A stretch of DNA of 64,000 bases, taken from contig CBFFSA010000005.1 in assembly GCA_965644495.1 (NCBI GenBank), forward strand, positions 744,001 through 808,000. The letters are read 5' to 3'. Origin of the DNA: Perkinsela sp. CCAP 1560/9. Lineage: Eukaryota > Protista > Euglenozoa: Kinetoplastea. The translations under genes and the position numbers were made by a program. The first letter of the stretch is position 1, and the number at the start of each line of letters is the position of its first letter. This document shows positions 23,251 through 35,229 of the stretch, piece after piece. The notes under the pieces are model-generated. The model made no database searches. It had not been told where the DNA came from and was given only the letters and a program-made list of their open reading frames with translations.

Positions 23251-24439
23251 CTGTCCCCCCCTATTTAGTGTTGAGTCAAATCCGGCAAAATTCAACACTA
23301 AATAGGGGGGTAAGAAATCTCCCCCCCCAAAAAAAGATCCCCGCTTCGCGGCGTATTGTTTTCAAAATCATGATTGTAAAGGGGCGCCCGGTTTACCATA
23401 CCCCCCGGTATGGTACGAGATCACACGTACGGTAGCAGGTCACAGGTATGGTAAGTTGGTGGGCTAAATTTGTAAAAAAGTGATTGCCAGCATATGTTAC
23501 CAGTGGATGTTAATAATATCACCAACAAAAAGTCATAGAAGTGAAAAAACGTGATAAATAGTAAAGAAAACAAACGAATAATGCTCTGTAGGGTTATGAT
23601 CTACGTGGGCCACCTCGAACAAGAAGTCGATATCATATGCTGTCTGCCTGAGTAACCAGGGGGGGTATGCTATCGGCCCCGGGTCACGATACCATACCAC
23701 CCCGGCGTGGTACCAGGTCACAGGTATGCTAAATAGCAATAGTGATGTTAAACAACCCGTTCAACCGAGAAAAAGGTAGATAAAATCTTCCATGCTGCAA
23801 AAAGAGGAATTCAGAATTGAAATTCGGACGGTGAAATTCGACAAGAGATTTGAGATGCACTGAAATCTCTTTTCCAGCCGCTTGAACGCGGTATTTTACA
23901 AAAGAGCGCCTGTAAAGAACTGTAGAATACGGCCCTGTAGAATACGGTCAGCTATCAGGGCTCCTTTTCTTTGCCAATAACTGCTAAACCGGACCCCCGT
24001 TTAGTATTACTGTCCCCCCCCGTTTAAGCGCACCTCGTTTTCCATGAAAAGTGCGCTTAAACGGGGGGGTCTGAATCAGTACATAAAAAAACTTTGGTGC
24101 CGCTTCGCGGCGCCGGAGACTCCACCTCAACTCTATGTGCGCTTGAGTATAAAGGAGAACCAATCAAGCGAAGAATGAATACAACCCCGTTCACCAAAAA
24201 TGGGACCAACGTTTATAGAGCTACGAGTCTTGCTTTTTTGTTGATTGCAAATATCACCATGCGTGATTAAAGTAAATCAGTAGAAATCAGTAAAAAACCA
24301 CAAATAACAAGCAAGGATAAGAAAAAAAGTGTTAGGAAAAAAAAATTACGCGCCGCTTCGCGGCGCCTATACGTACCGAACTCAAAATTCAACACTAAAT
24401 AGGGGGGTTGAGCACTCAATAGTAAATAGGGGGGGACAG
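23251..24439. mobile_element. TA-flanked element (TIR CTGTCCCCCCCTATTTA) with nested fragments
   Basis: TIRs, TA on both sides, subterminal AATTCAACACTAAATAGGGGGG repeats. Confidence 0.72.
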
Positions 24440-25382
24440 TAAGATTATTTTTAGCCCCGAAAAAAAATACTTTTTTTCATGTCTATCACCATCGACCTCA
24501 CTTTCATATGAAACAGAAACCTTTATAAAATGATCACAGACGAATCCAATGGCTTGGGCGCTTAAACGGTACTCAAAAAGTGTGTTCAAAAATTATTAAT
24601 TTACGAGTGGATTATGTTACGGTTAATTTAATTAAGATTAATTTTAGCCAAAAATAACCTTGAAAGCGTAATTAAATAATACCGCAATTGAATACAACAC
24701 TGTAACGAAAATAGTGCCAAAAAAATTTGGCGCCGCTTCGCGGCGCCAGAGCTCCTCTATTCTCATGTCTTCGCTGCTAAAATTGGCAAAATTGTTATCA
24801 ATCTTAAAAATAAAATCTGCAAAAAGTCAAAAAAAAAAAATTGCTCTGCTTCGCGGTGCCCTCTTTTACGCAGGGGGGGCAATAAAACCAAGCGTCCCAC
24901 TTATTGTACCCCCCCGGTACAATAGCGAGCTACAGGTACATTAGACCGGAACGGGGTTTAATTTATAAATTTGATCCATAACAAGTTATCGCGCCGATGG
25001 GTAGAGGCACTGCCTAACTGACTGGAGAGCTAGCTAACTGTGAGAGCTCTCCAGTGCGCTATTATTTTCCAAAATCGAACAAATTTTATTATTTTTGGAC
25101 CCCCCAGGTGGAAGTTTTCACCCCTGTATTTAGTCAGTATAATGCGCGCGCATAACAGTCTGTGCAGACCACCAACCTGCATAGAGCCCATGGTTACAAT
25201 AACCAGGAATATGGCTAAGAAGGAACAACGCACGCTTCTATTACATCTTTCTCGTGCAATGTACAGTGCTACACATGAAATGTCAGTTTCTGTAGGTACT
25301 TTTTTTGAAAAATAAACTCCTACAGACCATCCGTAGTTACAATACTTAAACGAATTAGATTTCAAAAGTAGAGTTCTTACTT

Positions 25383-26207
25383 TCACCCAAAAACTTTTAT
25401 TTTCGTATCCTTAACAAAAATACCATTACGGGCACGACCGGAAAGATCAGCTGTGCTTATTTCGCCACAGAGGTCTGCGTTGCCTTCCAAGTAAAGGATT
25501 TTTAAAGGTGCTGGCAATAGACTTAGGTCAACGATTCCAGTAAACTGGTTGTTGTCTAACCAAATGTATTGGATTTTCATCGGGAGTTGGGTCAAATCAA
25601 GCTCACCAGAAAAGCCGTTGTCGCTAAGGTAAAGTTTCTCAAGGTTTTGGGGTAAATTAATAAGGCAAACTTCACCGGTAAATTTATTGTAATTTAAAGA
25701 AAGCCGTTGCAAGGTGCTCGGAAGTGCAGAGAGGTTCACGGGACCTTGAAATTTATTGTCGTCCAATCTTAAGGTTACAAGCCTCGGAGGAAGATCATCT
25801 AATGACACCTCGCCGTAGAATTGATTTCCGGAGACGCTGAAATGCTTAACGCATTTCGAAAGGTACCTTAACTGCAATGTTCCCCTCAATTTCATGGCTT
25901 CCCAGCAAATTTCTTGAAGTTCATCTTGCACACTGCACTGTACACCGTGCCACGAGCAGGCAGGTGTATTAGTACTCCATGAAATAGGCGCATTCTTTAT
26001 GTCTTTGACCAATCTATCAAGTTCGTACTCCTGAGGGAGGTTTGTAGAGCTTACCTTTGCAGTACGTGATGCTGTATGCGCACCAGAAAAATCAAAAGAA
26101 TCCATGCAAGAACTCAAAAATAACTGTAAAAACAAAGAAAGACTTGAATAAACTAAAGATTGCAGACAGCAGGGGAACTCGGCGGTGACAAAGGAGTGCT
26201 TTGCCAC
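25383..26207 (-). CDS. LRR family protein
   Basis: AKVSSTNLPQEY, TPACSWHGVQC, LRRs; start may be at 26105. Confidence 0.88.
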   Translation of the reverse strand: MAKHSFVTAEFPCCLQSLVYSSLSLFLQLFLSSCMDSFDFSGAHTASRTAKVSSTNLPQEYELDRLVKDIKNAPISWSTNTPACSWHGVQCSVQDELQEICWEAMKLRGTLQLRYLSKCVKHFSVSGNQFYGEVSLDDLPPRLVTLRLDDNKFQGPVNLSALPSTLQRLSLNYNKFTGEVCLINLPQNLEKLYLSDNGFSGELDLTQLPMKIQYIWLDNNQFTGIVDLSLLPAPLKILYLEGNADLCGEISTADLSGRARNGIFVKDTKIKVFG

Positions 26208-26271
26208 TCAAAAAGTGGTGTGCTTAAGGTAAAATCAAAGGCTTAAAAGGCGTCAAAACGAAAGATGTTTT

Positions 26272-27033
26272 CTAACGCCCGTGTCCAATATTCTTTTTAG
26301 CTGAAGCTTTCTTTTGGGGATGAAATACAACTTCACGGGGAAGTGGATCCGGACCGCATGAAAGGAAAAAATTCTCCATCAGTTCCATACTTATCAAACG
26401 CGGCGGAAGATTGCGAAGGTGAAGCCTTCCACTTAGCTCATTAAAACTTACGTTTAATGTAAGCAAACCAGAAGGAAGTCCATCCAGCTGGATTGTATCC
26501 CGAAAGCGATTTCGATCAAGATACACGAACCTTAATGCTTGCGGCAACATCGACAAGTCTAACTCGCCGGAAAAAAGGTTTTTGCCCAAATTTAAGACTT
26601 CCAAGCTGGACGGAAGGTATTTGGTGAACAGTTCCCCTTCCAGATTGTTTTGTGAAATCGACAACCCTTGTAGGTTTGATGGGAGAAGATGAAAAGGCAC
26701 AACCCCAGTGAGTGCGCACGAACCTGCGTGGATTTGAGTGACGGTGGTAGGAATATCACTCCAGGAAACGTTTCCTTCTAGTCTCCACCCGGTCCATACT
26801 ATTTTTTCCAGAGTGTTGTTTTCACGCTGTACGGAGAAGCCTGACCAATCACTCGCAGCAACGTCCTCCCTCCATGTATGCCTCTTATTTCCAATGTTAC
26901 GAACAATTTTCAAAAATTGAAACTCGACCGGCAGTACTGCACGACTGACCTTGGAAGGCTTGACATGTCCTGTGGTGTCTGAGCCGAGCAAAAAGAACAA
27001 CGACGAATAGACATGCCGAAACAAGGCATACAT
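26272..27033 (-). CDS. LRR family protein
   Basis: SKVSRAVLPVEF, LRRs. Confidence 0.85.
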   Translation of the reverse strand: MYALFRHVYSSLFFLLGSDTTGHVKPSKVSRAVLPVEFQFLKIVRNIGNKRHTWREDVAASDWSGFSVQRENNTLEKIVWTGWRLEGNVSWSDIPTTVTQIHAGSCALTGVVPFHLLPSNLQGLSISQNNLEGELFTKYLPSSLEVLNLGKNLFSGELDLSMLPQALRFVYLDRNRFRDTIQLDGLPSGLLTLNVSFNELSGRLHLRNLPPRLISMELMENFFLSCGPDPLPREVVFHPQKKASAKKNIGHGR

Positions 27034-27224
27034 TGTACAGGTATAAATAAAATATTGTTGAAGGAAGGCTAAAATAATCTAAAGAAAAGTGAAGCGCACT
27101 AAAATGATACTTTTTGAGTGGTTTCCACCGATAACGTCTTGTGCTTCGTTGATTATCTTGTACAGACCCGGTTCGGAGATCACTGTTCGGAGATAACAAT
27201 ACGATGACGCAATACCACCGCTTC

Positions 27225-27775
27225 CTACAGTAGCTGAAAAGGATTCCCATGAGTGGAAAGATCTGTGAGCGATTCTGGGATGTGCCGCACGTCTGTTACT
27301 TTGCTAAATCGATTGTAACTCACCCCAAGACGCCGCAAGCGGGGTGGTAGATGACGCAAATCCAACGCCCGGATAACTAATTATAATCAAATGTTAACTC
27401 CAACATACTCTCTGGTAAAACGGTAAGGTTTACGGTACCCGTGAAAGCGTTTTGGCCAAGGTGAATAAGTTGAATTCGTAGAGGAAGTTTGTCAAAACGT
27501 AGCTTGCCTGTAAGTTGGTTACGTGCGGTATTGAATTTAACCACCGAACACGGGAGATGATGCAAACAAGGATGTCCAAGCAAACTGCGGCCTCGCCACT
27601 CAATTTTCTCTACTTCCCCCCTCCGATTACACTCGATACCACTCCACCCACAGCTAGGCGTTTCTGAGGTCCAGGAGAAATGTGGATTTCGAACACCTTG
27701 GATCAAGCGTACCAGTTGGTATTCTTGCGGCAGTAAAGTGCCACGTACCTTAGCAGGCTTTGTGCTGGTATCCAT
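27225..27775 (-). pseudogene. LRR family pseudogene
   Basis: AKVRGTLLPQEY; FDYN*LSG then a frameshift to LDLRHLPPRLRRLGVSYNRF. Confidence 0.8.
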
Positions 27776-27981
27776 GCTAATACGTACGATTTGAGATTAC
27801 AGAATATAATACAGCTGTAGCTAAGTAAGATGTTTACGCTACAAGTATAAAGCGCTACAACCACTCTCCAGTCTAAATGCCGCTGTAATAGAAACAACTG
27901 TCTTTGAAAATTTTTCTAGTGTCGGTCATCCAGCGTTAAATTGGTGCGCGCAACCCCTGTACTCCTCAAAGTACTATCCTA

Positions 27982-28297
27982 CCGTATATCCCCTCCCCAG
28001 TAAGATACTCTCCCAGTAAGAGAGATTTGGCCCTTTTTGGGCTGACCGCCAGTAAGAGAGATTTGGCTCGGGAGCCCCACAGGAGGCGTATAGGGGGTAG
28101 GGGGTGGGTGTCTGCATGTTAAGGGCCTCGGGGGTACCCAAATAAGCGTTTTAACACGTTTTCAGAAGAAAAAATAGAAAAAATAGTCAAAAACGTTGGG
28201 AGAAAAGAGGAAACTGGCCAAAAAAGCATACCCCCCCAGTAAGAGAGATTTGGCCATTTCGACCCAAAACCCATTCTCTTACTGGGGGGGTATAAGG
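27982..28297. mobile_element. TA-flanked MITE (CCGTATA..CCCCCAGTAAGA family)
   Basis: TIRs, internal CCAGTAAGAGAGATTTGGC repeats; relative at 62501-62798. Confidence 0.7.
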
Positions 28298-28363
28298 TAG
28301 TACTTTTAACAAGGCATCTACCACAGCGACCTACAAATACAGTAGAAAAAGCATTTGACAGTA

Positions 28364-29131
28364 CTAAAATTGAACAAACCTATGAGCACCCAACAAGCTT
28401 ATAAAATTTACCGGCATGATAAGTTGGTTTTTTGAGACATTAAGATGCACCAATGCCTCGGGTAAGACTTTCACGGCTAAAGTCCCGCTGAACCGGTTTT
28501 CACTAATATCTAAGTACTCCAACGTCGCGGGGAGCACGTTCAAGTCCACACCCCCCTCAAACGCATTGTGCCTGAGGTCACAGTGCCGCAGAGCGGGGGG
28601 AAATGCGTCGAACGCCACAGAACCGCACAGGGCGTTGGTCTCCAGTGGGCCTGGTCCCGTGATCACGGCCCCGAGATCCAACCATGCCAGGGAGAGGGGG
28701 AGGGCCTCCCAGCGAAGGGGTCCGGTAAGGCCTAAGCCCCCCCAGTACAGGGAGAGGACCCGGCCCTGGGCGTCACACTCCACGTGGGTCCAGTTCCCAA
28801 TGGGGTTGTCGGCCCGCCACGTGGGCAGGGGATTCCCCAGATGGGAGATGAAGTCCGACAACAGGTACTCCGGGGGGAGTGTGGTTGTGCTCACCTTGCC
28901 TCGGCGTACGACAGTGTCGTCGGTGCAGTGTAGCGGTAAGGGAAGGAACAGGTGTGTGATGTGCGGCAGGGGAACGGGTAAGTTCATTGTTTGGGGAAGA
29001 TGTGGAAAAGATACAGATTTTTCGGCAATGGAGGAGTGTAAAATGTTGGGAAGAAAATGTGTTGCAAGGAACCAAGGTTTTTTAATGATGTTGCTAACAA
29101 TAAAAGGATGATTCGCATTCTGACTCCTCAT
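28364..29131 (-). CDS. LRR family protein (start probably ~28987)
   Basis: GKVSTTTLPPEY, cap and LRRs. Confidence 0.82.
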   Translation of the reverse strand: MRSQNANHPFIVSNIIKKPWFLATHFLPNILHSSIAEKSVSFPHLPQTMNLPVPLPHITHLFLPLPLHCTDDTVVRRGKVSTTTLPPEYLLSDFISHLGNPLPTWRADNPIGNWTHVECDAQGRVLSLYWGGLGLTGPLRWEALPLSLAWLDLGAVITGPGPLETNALCGSVAFDAFPPALRHCDLRHNAFEGGVDLNVLPATLEYLDISENRFSGTLAVKVLPEALVHLNVSKNQLIMPVNFISLLGAHRFVQF

Positions 29132-29405
29132 GCTTTATCAACTATTTGATCAATTTTGGTTCCTCTAATTAATATATCGACAAGCGCAAGCCTTGGAGGA
29201 AGCTTATACAGCCAAACTCTACCGCTAAGATCGGGATTGTGGCGAAGGTCAAGACATAAAAGATTTTGAGGAAGAGAATCAAAAGTTAATTCGCCATGGA
29301 AATTATTCTCATTTAAGAATAATGCCGACATCATCTTTGGAATTGCGCAGAAATCCAATGTCCCCGAAAACTTATTTCTCGTCACGCTGAAGTGCTCAAG
29401 CCCAG
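29128..29405 (-). pseudogene. LRR gene 3' fragment truncated by a family A element
   Basis: PPGLEHFSVTRNKFSG LRRs abut the family A end; no N-terminal part found nearby. Confidence 0.72.
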
Positions 29406-30303
29406 GTGGCAACTAAAACTACCGCTCTACCCTCGATTATTGAAAAAAGTGAACAAAAACAGTGAAAATATAAAGAGGAACACAGTAATATAATAGAAGA
29501 AAAAAATATAAAAGGGGGCTCCGGTGGTCCAAAACTGAAAAAAAAATTTGAAAAAAATGGGGAGTCCATGGGGGGGGGGGGTCCAGGGGGGGGTCCAGGG
29601 GGGGGGTCATGGTCGAGCAAATTTTTTCGAAAAAATTAGTTTTCGAAAAAAAACCGCAGAAAGGGTAGCCGGGGTCTTGGCGCGCATTTTCCACCCCCCT
29701 ACCCGGGGGTGACCCTCCTGCGTATCCGCAGGACGGGTCCGCCGAGTTCGTATTTTTTAGGAAAAAAAATTTGAAAAAAATTTGAACTGGGCGAAAAAAA
29801 TGACAAAAAAAATATTTTTCCAAAGTCGTTTCCCCTATTGTATTTTGATAGTTTGGGACCTACACTAGCTTTCTCCGCAGTTGTTTTCACAAGGTATCCC
29901 TTCTTCGAACCGTGGTGCGCCCCTAAAAATGACCCATTTTTGACTAAAAAAGGTGAAAAAGTATTTTTCGGACCTAAAGGGGCATTTTTGTGTCGAAAGA
30001 ATGGTATGGTTGGAGTCGCATTCTCTACCCAATACGTTCGGTAGGCTTCCATCCATGCCTACGAGTGATTTCCCACGCGCAAATGTCGGATTTAGTGCTC
30101 TGAGGGCAAAAATACGCGAAAATCACCCCATTTTTACCCGAAATTCGGCTATTTTTGGCTATAATCATTCCGTTTTCCAGGCTAAATTTTCTTTTTTAGG
30201 CTCTTCGTTAAACGCGGCGGTAGTTTTCAACGCGAAGCGCGCAGCATGAGTGACTTCTAAGTTGAAAACAACCACCGCGTTTAACGAAGAGCCTAAAAAA
30301 GAA
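29406..30303 (-). mobile_element. Family A element
   Basis: Near-identical reverse complement of 15322-16190; further end fragment at 30718-30907. Confidence 0.85.
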
Positions 30304-32145
30304 AATTAGCCAGTAGTTAATTTGGTAAACCACAAAGCGGTTTCATGGATGCGCGCACAGCGAGGTGGAAGAATGTGTACGTTTTGTGTACTCAGCGAGA
30401 GGTGGAGTGAAGGGGTGAAAAGGCGGCGACTTGGAGGGGCGGAAAGGGGTCAGATCTCGCATTTTCATTGGAGAGTATGCAGTAGGTCTAAGTTCGTGTT
30501 GGTCCGTGATGAGCTGTGTGATAATCCGTGTGGATTCGTGTAGAATTTTTTTTGGCATTCTTTGAGAGGGCTCAATGGCTCGGCCGCTAGAAGGAAGGTA
30601 AAGTAGACCGAATTAGTTAAACCACCCTTTATGTTCCTGATCTAAGGAGTAGTTTGGCCGCGTCCATTGCGCTCGATTTCGAAAAGCAAAAAATTTGAAA
30701 AACATTTCTTGACGTATGCCCCCCCATGGACCCCCCCCACTAGACCCCCCAGTTTTTTCATTTTTTTTTCAGTTTTGGACCACCGGAGCCCCCTTTTATA
30801 TTTTTTTCCTTTATTATATTACTGTGTTCCTCTTTATATTTTCACTGTTTTTGTTCACTTTTTTTCAATAATCGAGGGTAGAGCGGTAGTTATACAACCA
30901 CCGCAATAACAAGTGTATTTGCGAATAATGAGTGTATTGCGAATAATAAAAAAATGTGAATAATATCCGTACAGTTGGTTTACTTGTAACGTACATGCAT
31001 GCATTCTTGTGTAGTCCCGTCACATCATATTTTGATGTTGTTATACTTTTATGTCATTTCTCAAAAACGTTTACGTTGTTACAGATCAATAAGGCTTGTC
31101 GTGAACTAACCGGGTACTCGCACGAAGTGGTTGAAGTACTGTCACATCGTTTACATTGTGACTTCCTCAGCGTTTGTGCCTTGGCGAAGGACCACCTTAA
31201 CCTCACGCATGCACAGGCCTCTGTTGTTCTATCTCCATAAAAAGTATGGAGGTATGTGAGGTGAGTATTTGTCCCCCACGTGGGTGTGGAAAAAGAATGT
31301 TCTTCCTGTCTTAAAGGCTTCTGATTGGGCTGGAAACTTTGCAAAAACGGAAAGACGTTATACCGTGCGAGAACCAAATTTTATATTGTGCGCTAGCATA
31401 GATGGTCTTTTCCGAAGTGCGATGTCGGGTGAGGTACCGTTTACATCATTTTCCTTATCATGAACGCTGCAAAACATGACCATATGGAACAAAAAAAATC
31501 AAAAGTCACACGAAAAAACCGAAATTAATTCATTGTTAACAATAATCGAATGTTAATAATAAATGAATTTATCGATTGTTAACAAAAAATGAATGTTAAC
31601 AATAAACGAGCCCCCCTCTGTAATGATAATTTCATATGATTTGAACATTTCTTAATTTTAAGCCTATGTAGAACTCTATTACTCTAATCTCGATCCCCTA
31701 CGTGGACCACGAACTAGTCTCCGTACTCGCTCCCTACACACTTTCTGCACCCCCGGCATCCCCCACTTGGACCCGACTTCCGCCCCATGGAACCCCCGCC
31801 CGGATCCTCCAGCGAACTCCATAGCCGAAAAAACGCCAAGTACCTTTGCCATTGGTTTCTCTTGGGACCTGACTGGGTTTGCCTGGGTTTGTATTTTACT
31901 GGGTTCTTGAATGTCAAATCTGCAACCCCCCTATAGTTTGAAAGGAAATTTTAGGGTAAGATGAGCATGAAAAAAGGATTCAGAACCGTCAGCATCCTGC
32001 CGTTCAGCTCTCTTTCTCTCTCAACCACCATATACCACGAACCTAGAATTTCTAGGCTTATGCAAAAGTGATATGAATTTCTAGGCTTGAAACACAATAT
32101 TCATAATCCTTCTCACTATTCTCCCCAACCCCCTATCTACCCCCC

Positions 32146-32870
32146 TTTCTGTACCTTGTTGTACTTTTTTTCCTAGCTCATCTTTTCTCTCCCGGAAACG
32201 GGCATATTTTTACAATGTCAATGCCCGTTTCCGGATGGCGCTAGGAGAGGAACTGTCCCTCTTGTCGCAAAGCAGGGGTGCGCCTCCCTTCCCTCATCTC
32301 CCACCACCCTGCTCGGAACACGGTGACGAGTCCCCATGCGCTGCAGGACCCTACTACGGGACCACGCGGCGTGCCTTCACTATCCGGCGACACCGGTACT
32401 GCGCGTAGGAGGCTTCCATATACCGGAAGTCTCCCACACGGCGAGCAAACACGTTGTATGCGTGTTCTAGAGGATGTTCTATGCACCTCTCTTGCTCACC
32501 AGCCGTGGCGGATTCTGTGGGACCCCGATGCCCATGATGCATCATGAACCATGACTCCATTTGCCAGCATGCATCCATGGCCCTGACCATGTTGTATCAT
32601 GAACCATGGAAGTCATTTGTAGCATGTACGATGGGAATATCACCCGCGTCCCACAAATTCGTATATCTTTCCTGGCGCACTGCGCTTACAAAACATCTCG
32701 GGACATCATATCCCGATGAGGCCGTTTCTTTTCGCTTTCCTGGGGAGGATATCCCGCGCTTTTCCCTGTGTTGCCTCGGAAGGCGAAAAGGTCCAGCAGG
32801 GAACGTTGATTGCGCTTACCCCTGCTCGACCTAATTATCTCTACAGGTACTGCCCTGTATGAACAAACAA
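32146..32870 (+). mobile_element. SL-headed structured non-coding element (family S, copy 1)
   Basis: Starts TTTCTGTACCTTGTTG; 14-bp stem 32192-32234; blocks homologous to 39068-39624 on the minus strand. Confidence 0.6.
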
Positions 32871-32876
32871 TCCCCC

Positions 32877-33713
32877 CTAAAAAGGTGTCCCCAACACCCC
32901 AGGATCCACATAATACCCCCCCGCCACCACCTCCCCCCTCGGGGCCGTCACCAGCCACGTCGGGGTCCAGGCCCCTTGCGAGGCCGTACGCGGGGCCTGG
33001 TCCCATCCCCCCATATCGGTGGCACACCACCCGGGGTGGCAGCACGTCACCCCCACCGTGTCCCACCCCGGGGAGCGCGACAGCAGCCGTGTCGCGACCC
33101 CCACCCCCGCCTTACTCACCCCGTAGGGCGTGCCGTGCCAGCCCTCCTCGGGGCGGCAGCGGTACGCAGCCATCACGCCGTTGAGGGTCTCGAGCGTGAG
33201 GTTGGGGTCCCGGAGAGTCTCCAGGGTGGAGGGGGTGGGGGCACTGTGGAGATACTCCCCGAGGAGACTGGAGAGGTTAACGACCCGAGCGGTACCGTCT
33301 CGGGGGAGGAGGGGGAAGAAGTACTGACAGACCAGGAGAGTGCCAAAGTAGTTCGTGGTGACACACGACTGGGCTTGGTCGGGGATGGGGTCCGTTTTGT
33401 TCCACACCCCTGCGTTGTTGACTAACGCTGTGATACCCTCCGGATGGGAGGATTTTACTTTTTGTGCGGCGGTTGCAATGGAGGTTTCGTTGCTAACGTC
33501 CATCTCAATAAATTCAACCGTGAGGTTCGGAAATTCTTTTTGTATTTTCTGTACGGCTACAAGCCCACGTGTGAGGTTGCGGCAAGCTAGGATGAGATTG
33601 TAGCCATGTTCTGCAAGATTGCTTGCAACAAAAAATCCAATACCCTTGTTGGCACCGGTTACAAGAGCCGATCGTCTATTCATATTTTGAACTTTAGAAA
33701 GAAAAATGAACAA
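32877..33713 (-). CDS. Short-chain dehydrogenase/reductase, carbonyl reductase 1-like (start probably MNRRS, ~33683)
   Basis: VTGANKGIG, NNAG, YGVSK, CHPGWCATDMG. Confidence 0.9.
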   Translation of the reverse strand: MFIFLSKVQNMNRRSALVTGANKGIGFFVASNLAEHGYNLILACRNLTRGLVAVQKIQKEFPNLTVEFIEMDVSNETSIATAAQKVKSSHPEGITALVNNAGVWNKTDPIPDQAQSCVTTNYFGTLLVCQYFFPLLPRDGTARVVNLSSLLGEYLHSAPTPSTLETLRDPNLTLETLNGVMAAYRCRPEEGWHGTPYGVSKAGVGVATRLLSRSPGWDTVGVTCCHPGWCATDMGGWDQAPRTASQGAWTPTWLVTAPRGEVVAGGYYVDPGVLGTPF

Positions 33714-34240
33714 TCAGTATCGAAAAAATGAATCGGTGCCAAAAGACGTAAAAAAATATTTTGGGGGAAAAGGGGTCCATATTTGGATGGCGGTAAGTCT
33801 TGAATGGGGGGTACCCAGAATCCATTGTTTTCATGAGTTTGCCGAAAATGAAACGGTTACGAACGCACTTCCTTTCTGCGATGACAAAACGAAATGGATT
33901 CTTTAACTGGGTTAAAAGAAAACCGTCGGCTACTGTAATTATAGACAATGCCCCCGGCCATGGGCATGCCCGCCGAGTCGGACGTGACATGGGAATTGAA
34001 ATCCCCGACTGGCCGGCCAAGTCACCAGATCTAAATCTTATTGAAAATTTATGGAGCATGATGGATCATATTAAGTTTCATCTTCGACCCACTAATCGTA
34101 CGGAATTACAAGTATCGATACGTAAAGCTTTAGATTATCTTTTAAAGGATATGAAGGCAGCGTATGAAAACACTTTGAAAAGTTTTCCGTCCCGAATTAG
34201 GCTTCTTAGAGAAAAAAATGGAGGTTCAATACTAAAATAG
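33706..34240 (+). pseudogene. Tc1/IS630 (DDE_3) transposase C-terminal fragment
   Basis: VHIWMAVS; IIDNAPGH...WPAKSPDLNLIENLWS. Confidence 0.8.
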
Positions 34241-34465
34241 TTCGCCCAAAAAAATCTGCAAATTCTTGAAAATCTCAATTTTGTCATGTCCAGAATTCTT
34301 CATACATAATACGTATATAATTTTTAAAATGGGTTTCTATACCGCAAAACAGCTTAGAATTTCGAGATCTGTTGAATGCCGAAGGAATTAGGTCAAAAGC
34401 TTACACGACACAAATTTTAGACCCCCCCGCGGAAATTGGTGACCCCCATGTATAGGGGGGCAGGA

Positions 34466-34740
34466 AACCCAGGCTAAAGTGGACGAGGGAGATACTAAAG
34501 GCACCTTTGGAAAACCACCTCAAAAATGGAACGGTATCTCCCGTTAAAGACCCTTTAGTATCTCTCTCGTGCACTTTAGCCTGGGTTACATAGCCATCGG
34601 AACATGCTCCATAGGACCTCTTACAGGTTCCCACGCGAGGAAGTCGTCGTCGCCGTGGCAAAAAGACAGAAGGCTCCGCCTTCTGCCTTTTGCCTTGCGC
34701 CTCCTCCTTCCTCTACAGCCTTGCGTGTCACACACTTCCA
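34466..34740 (+). mobile_element. Family B repeat
   Basis: AACCCAGGCTAAAGTG...CACTTTAGCCTGGGTT plus shared tail. Confidence 0.72.
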
Positions 34741-35229
34741 TGTAAATTTTGGACTTTGTAGGTGTATTACCGGAACAGGGTGAATAAATATTGAATTTTT
34801 AGGAAAAAACTTCATTTTCAAACTTTTTTGCCTGGGTGAAAAGAAAGGTGCTAGTCTTGTAAGGCGTTTCCTACACTTGAATAATCCATGCTTACGCCAG
34901 CAGATGTTCAATGCTGGATTTCGTTTGTGTGGAGTACCGCGCCCTTTATGCACTGTGTAGTAAGAAGGGAATGTTAAGTAGCTACAGGAATGCTACATAG
35001 CTACAGGAATGTTAATATACTTTTGAAGATTGTCTTGGGTTTACAGTACGATTAGTCGACGGGTGAAAGAAAACGCTTTTTTTATAACTTTTCAACTTGA
35101 CACTTTTCTCTTCTAAAAATATAAACCACTGTCCCGGTTAATATTAAAATATATAAGAAAAAACGAAAATGTGGCCTAATTGCAGAATTTTTCACTTTAG
35201 AAACTCAAGATTTACACGCATACACAAAG

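Larger units (their letters stand above)
22192..24958. mobile_element. TA-flanked element hosting nested insertions
   Basis: TIR AACCCC.GT.CCGG; CCCCCGGTACAATA..AGCTACAGGTACA near both ends. Confidence 0.65.

Noticed and set aside
25284-25294. Another SL-like motif (CAGTTTCTGTA)
   Set aside because: An 11-bp match lacking the TTG exon end and family S context; compatible with chance
30950-31470. Harbinger-like transposase remnant
   Set aside because: Only ELTGYS and SIDG hints across broken frames; insufficient without an HMM search
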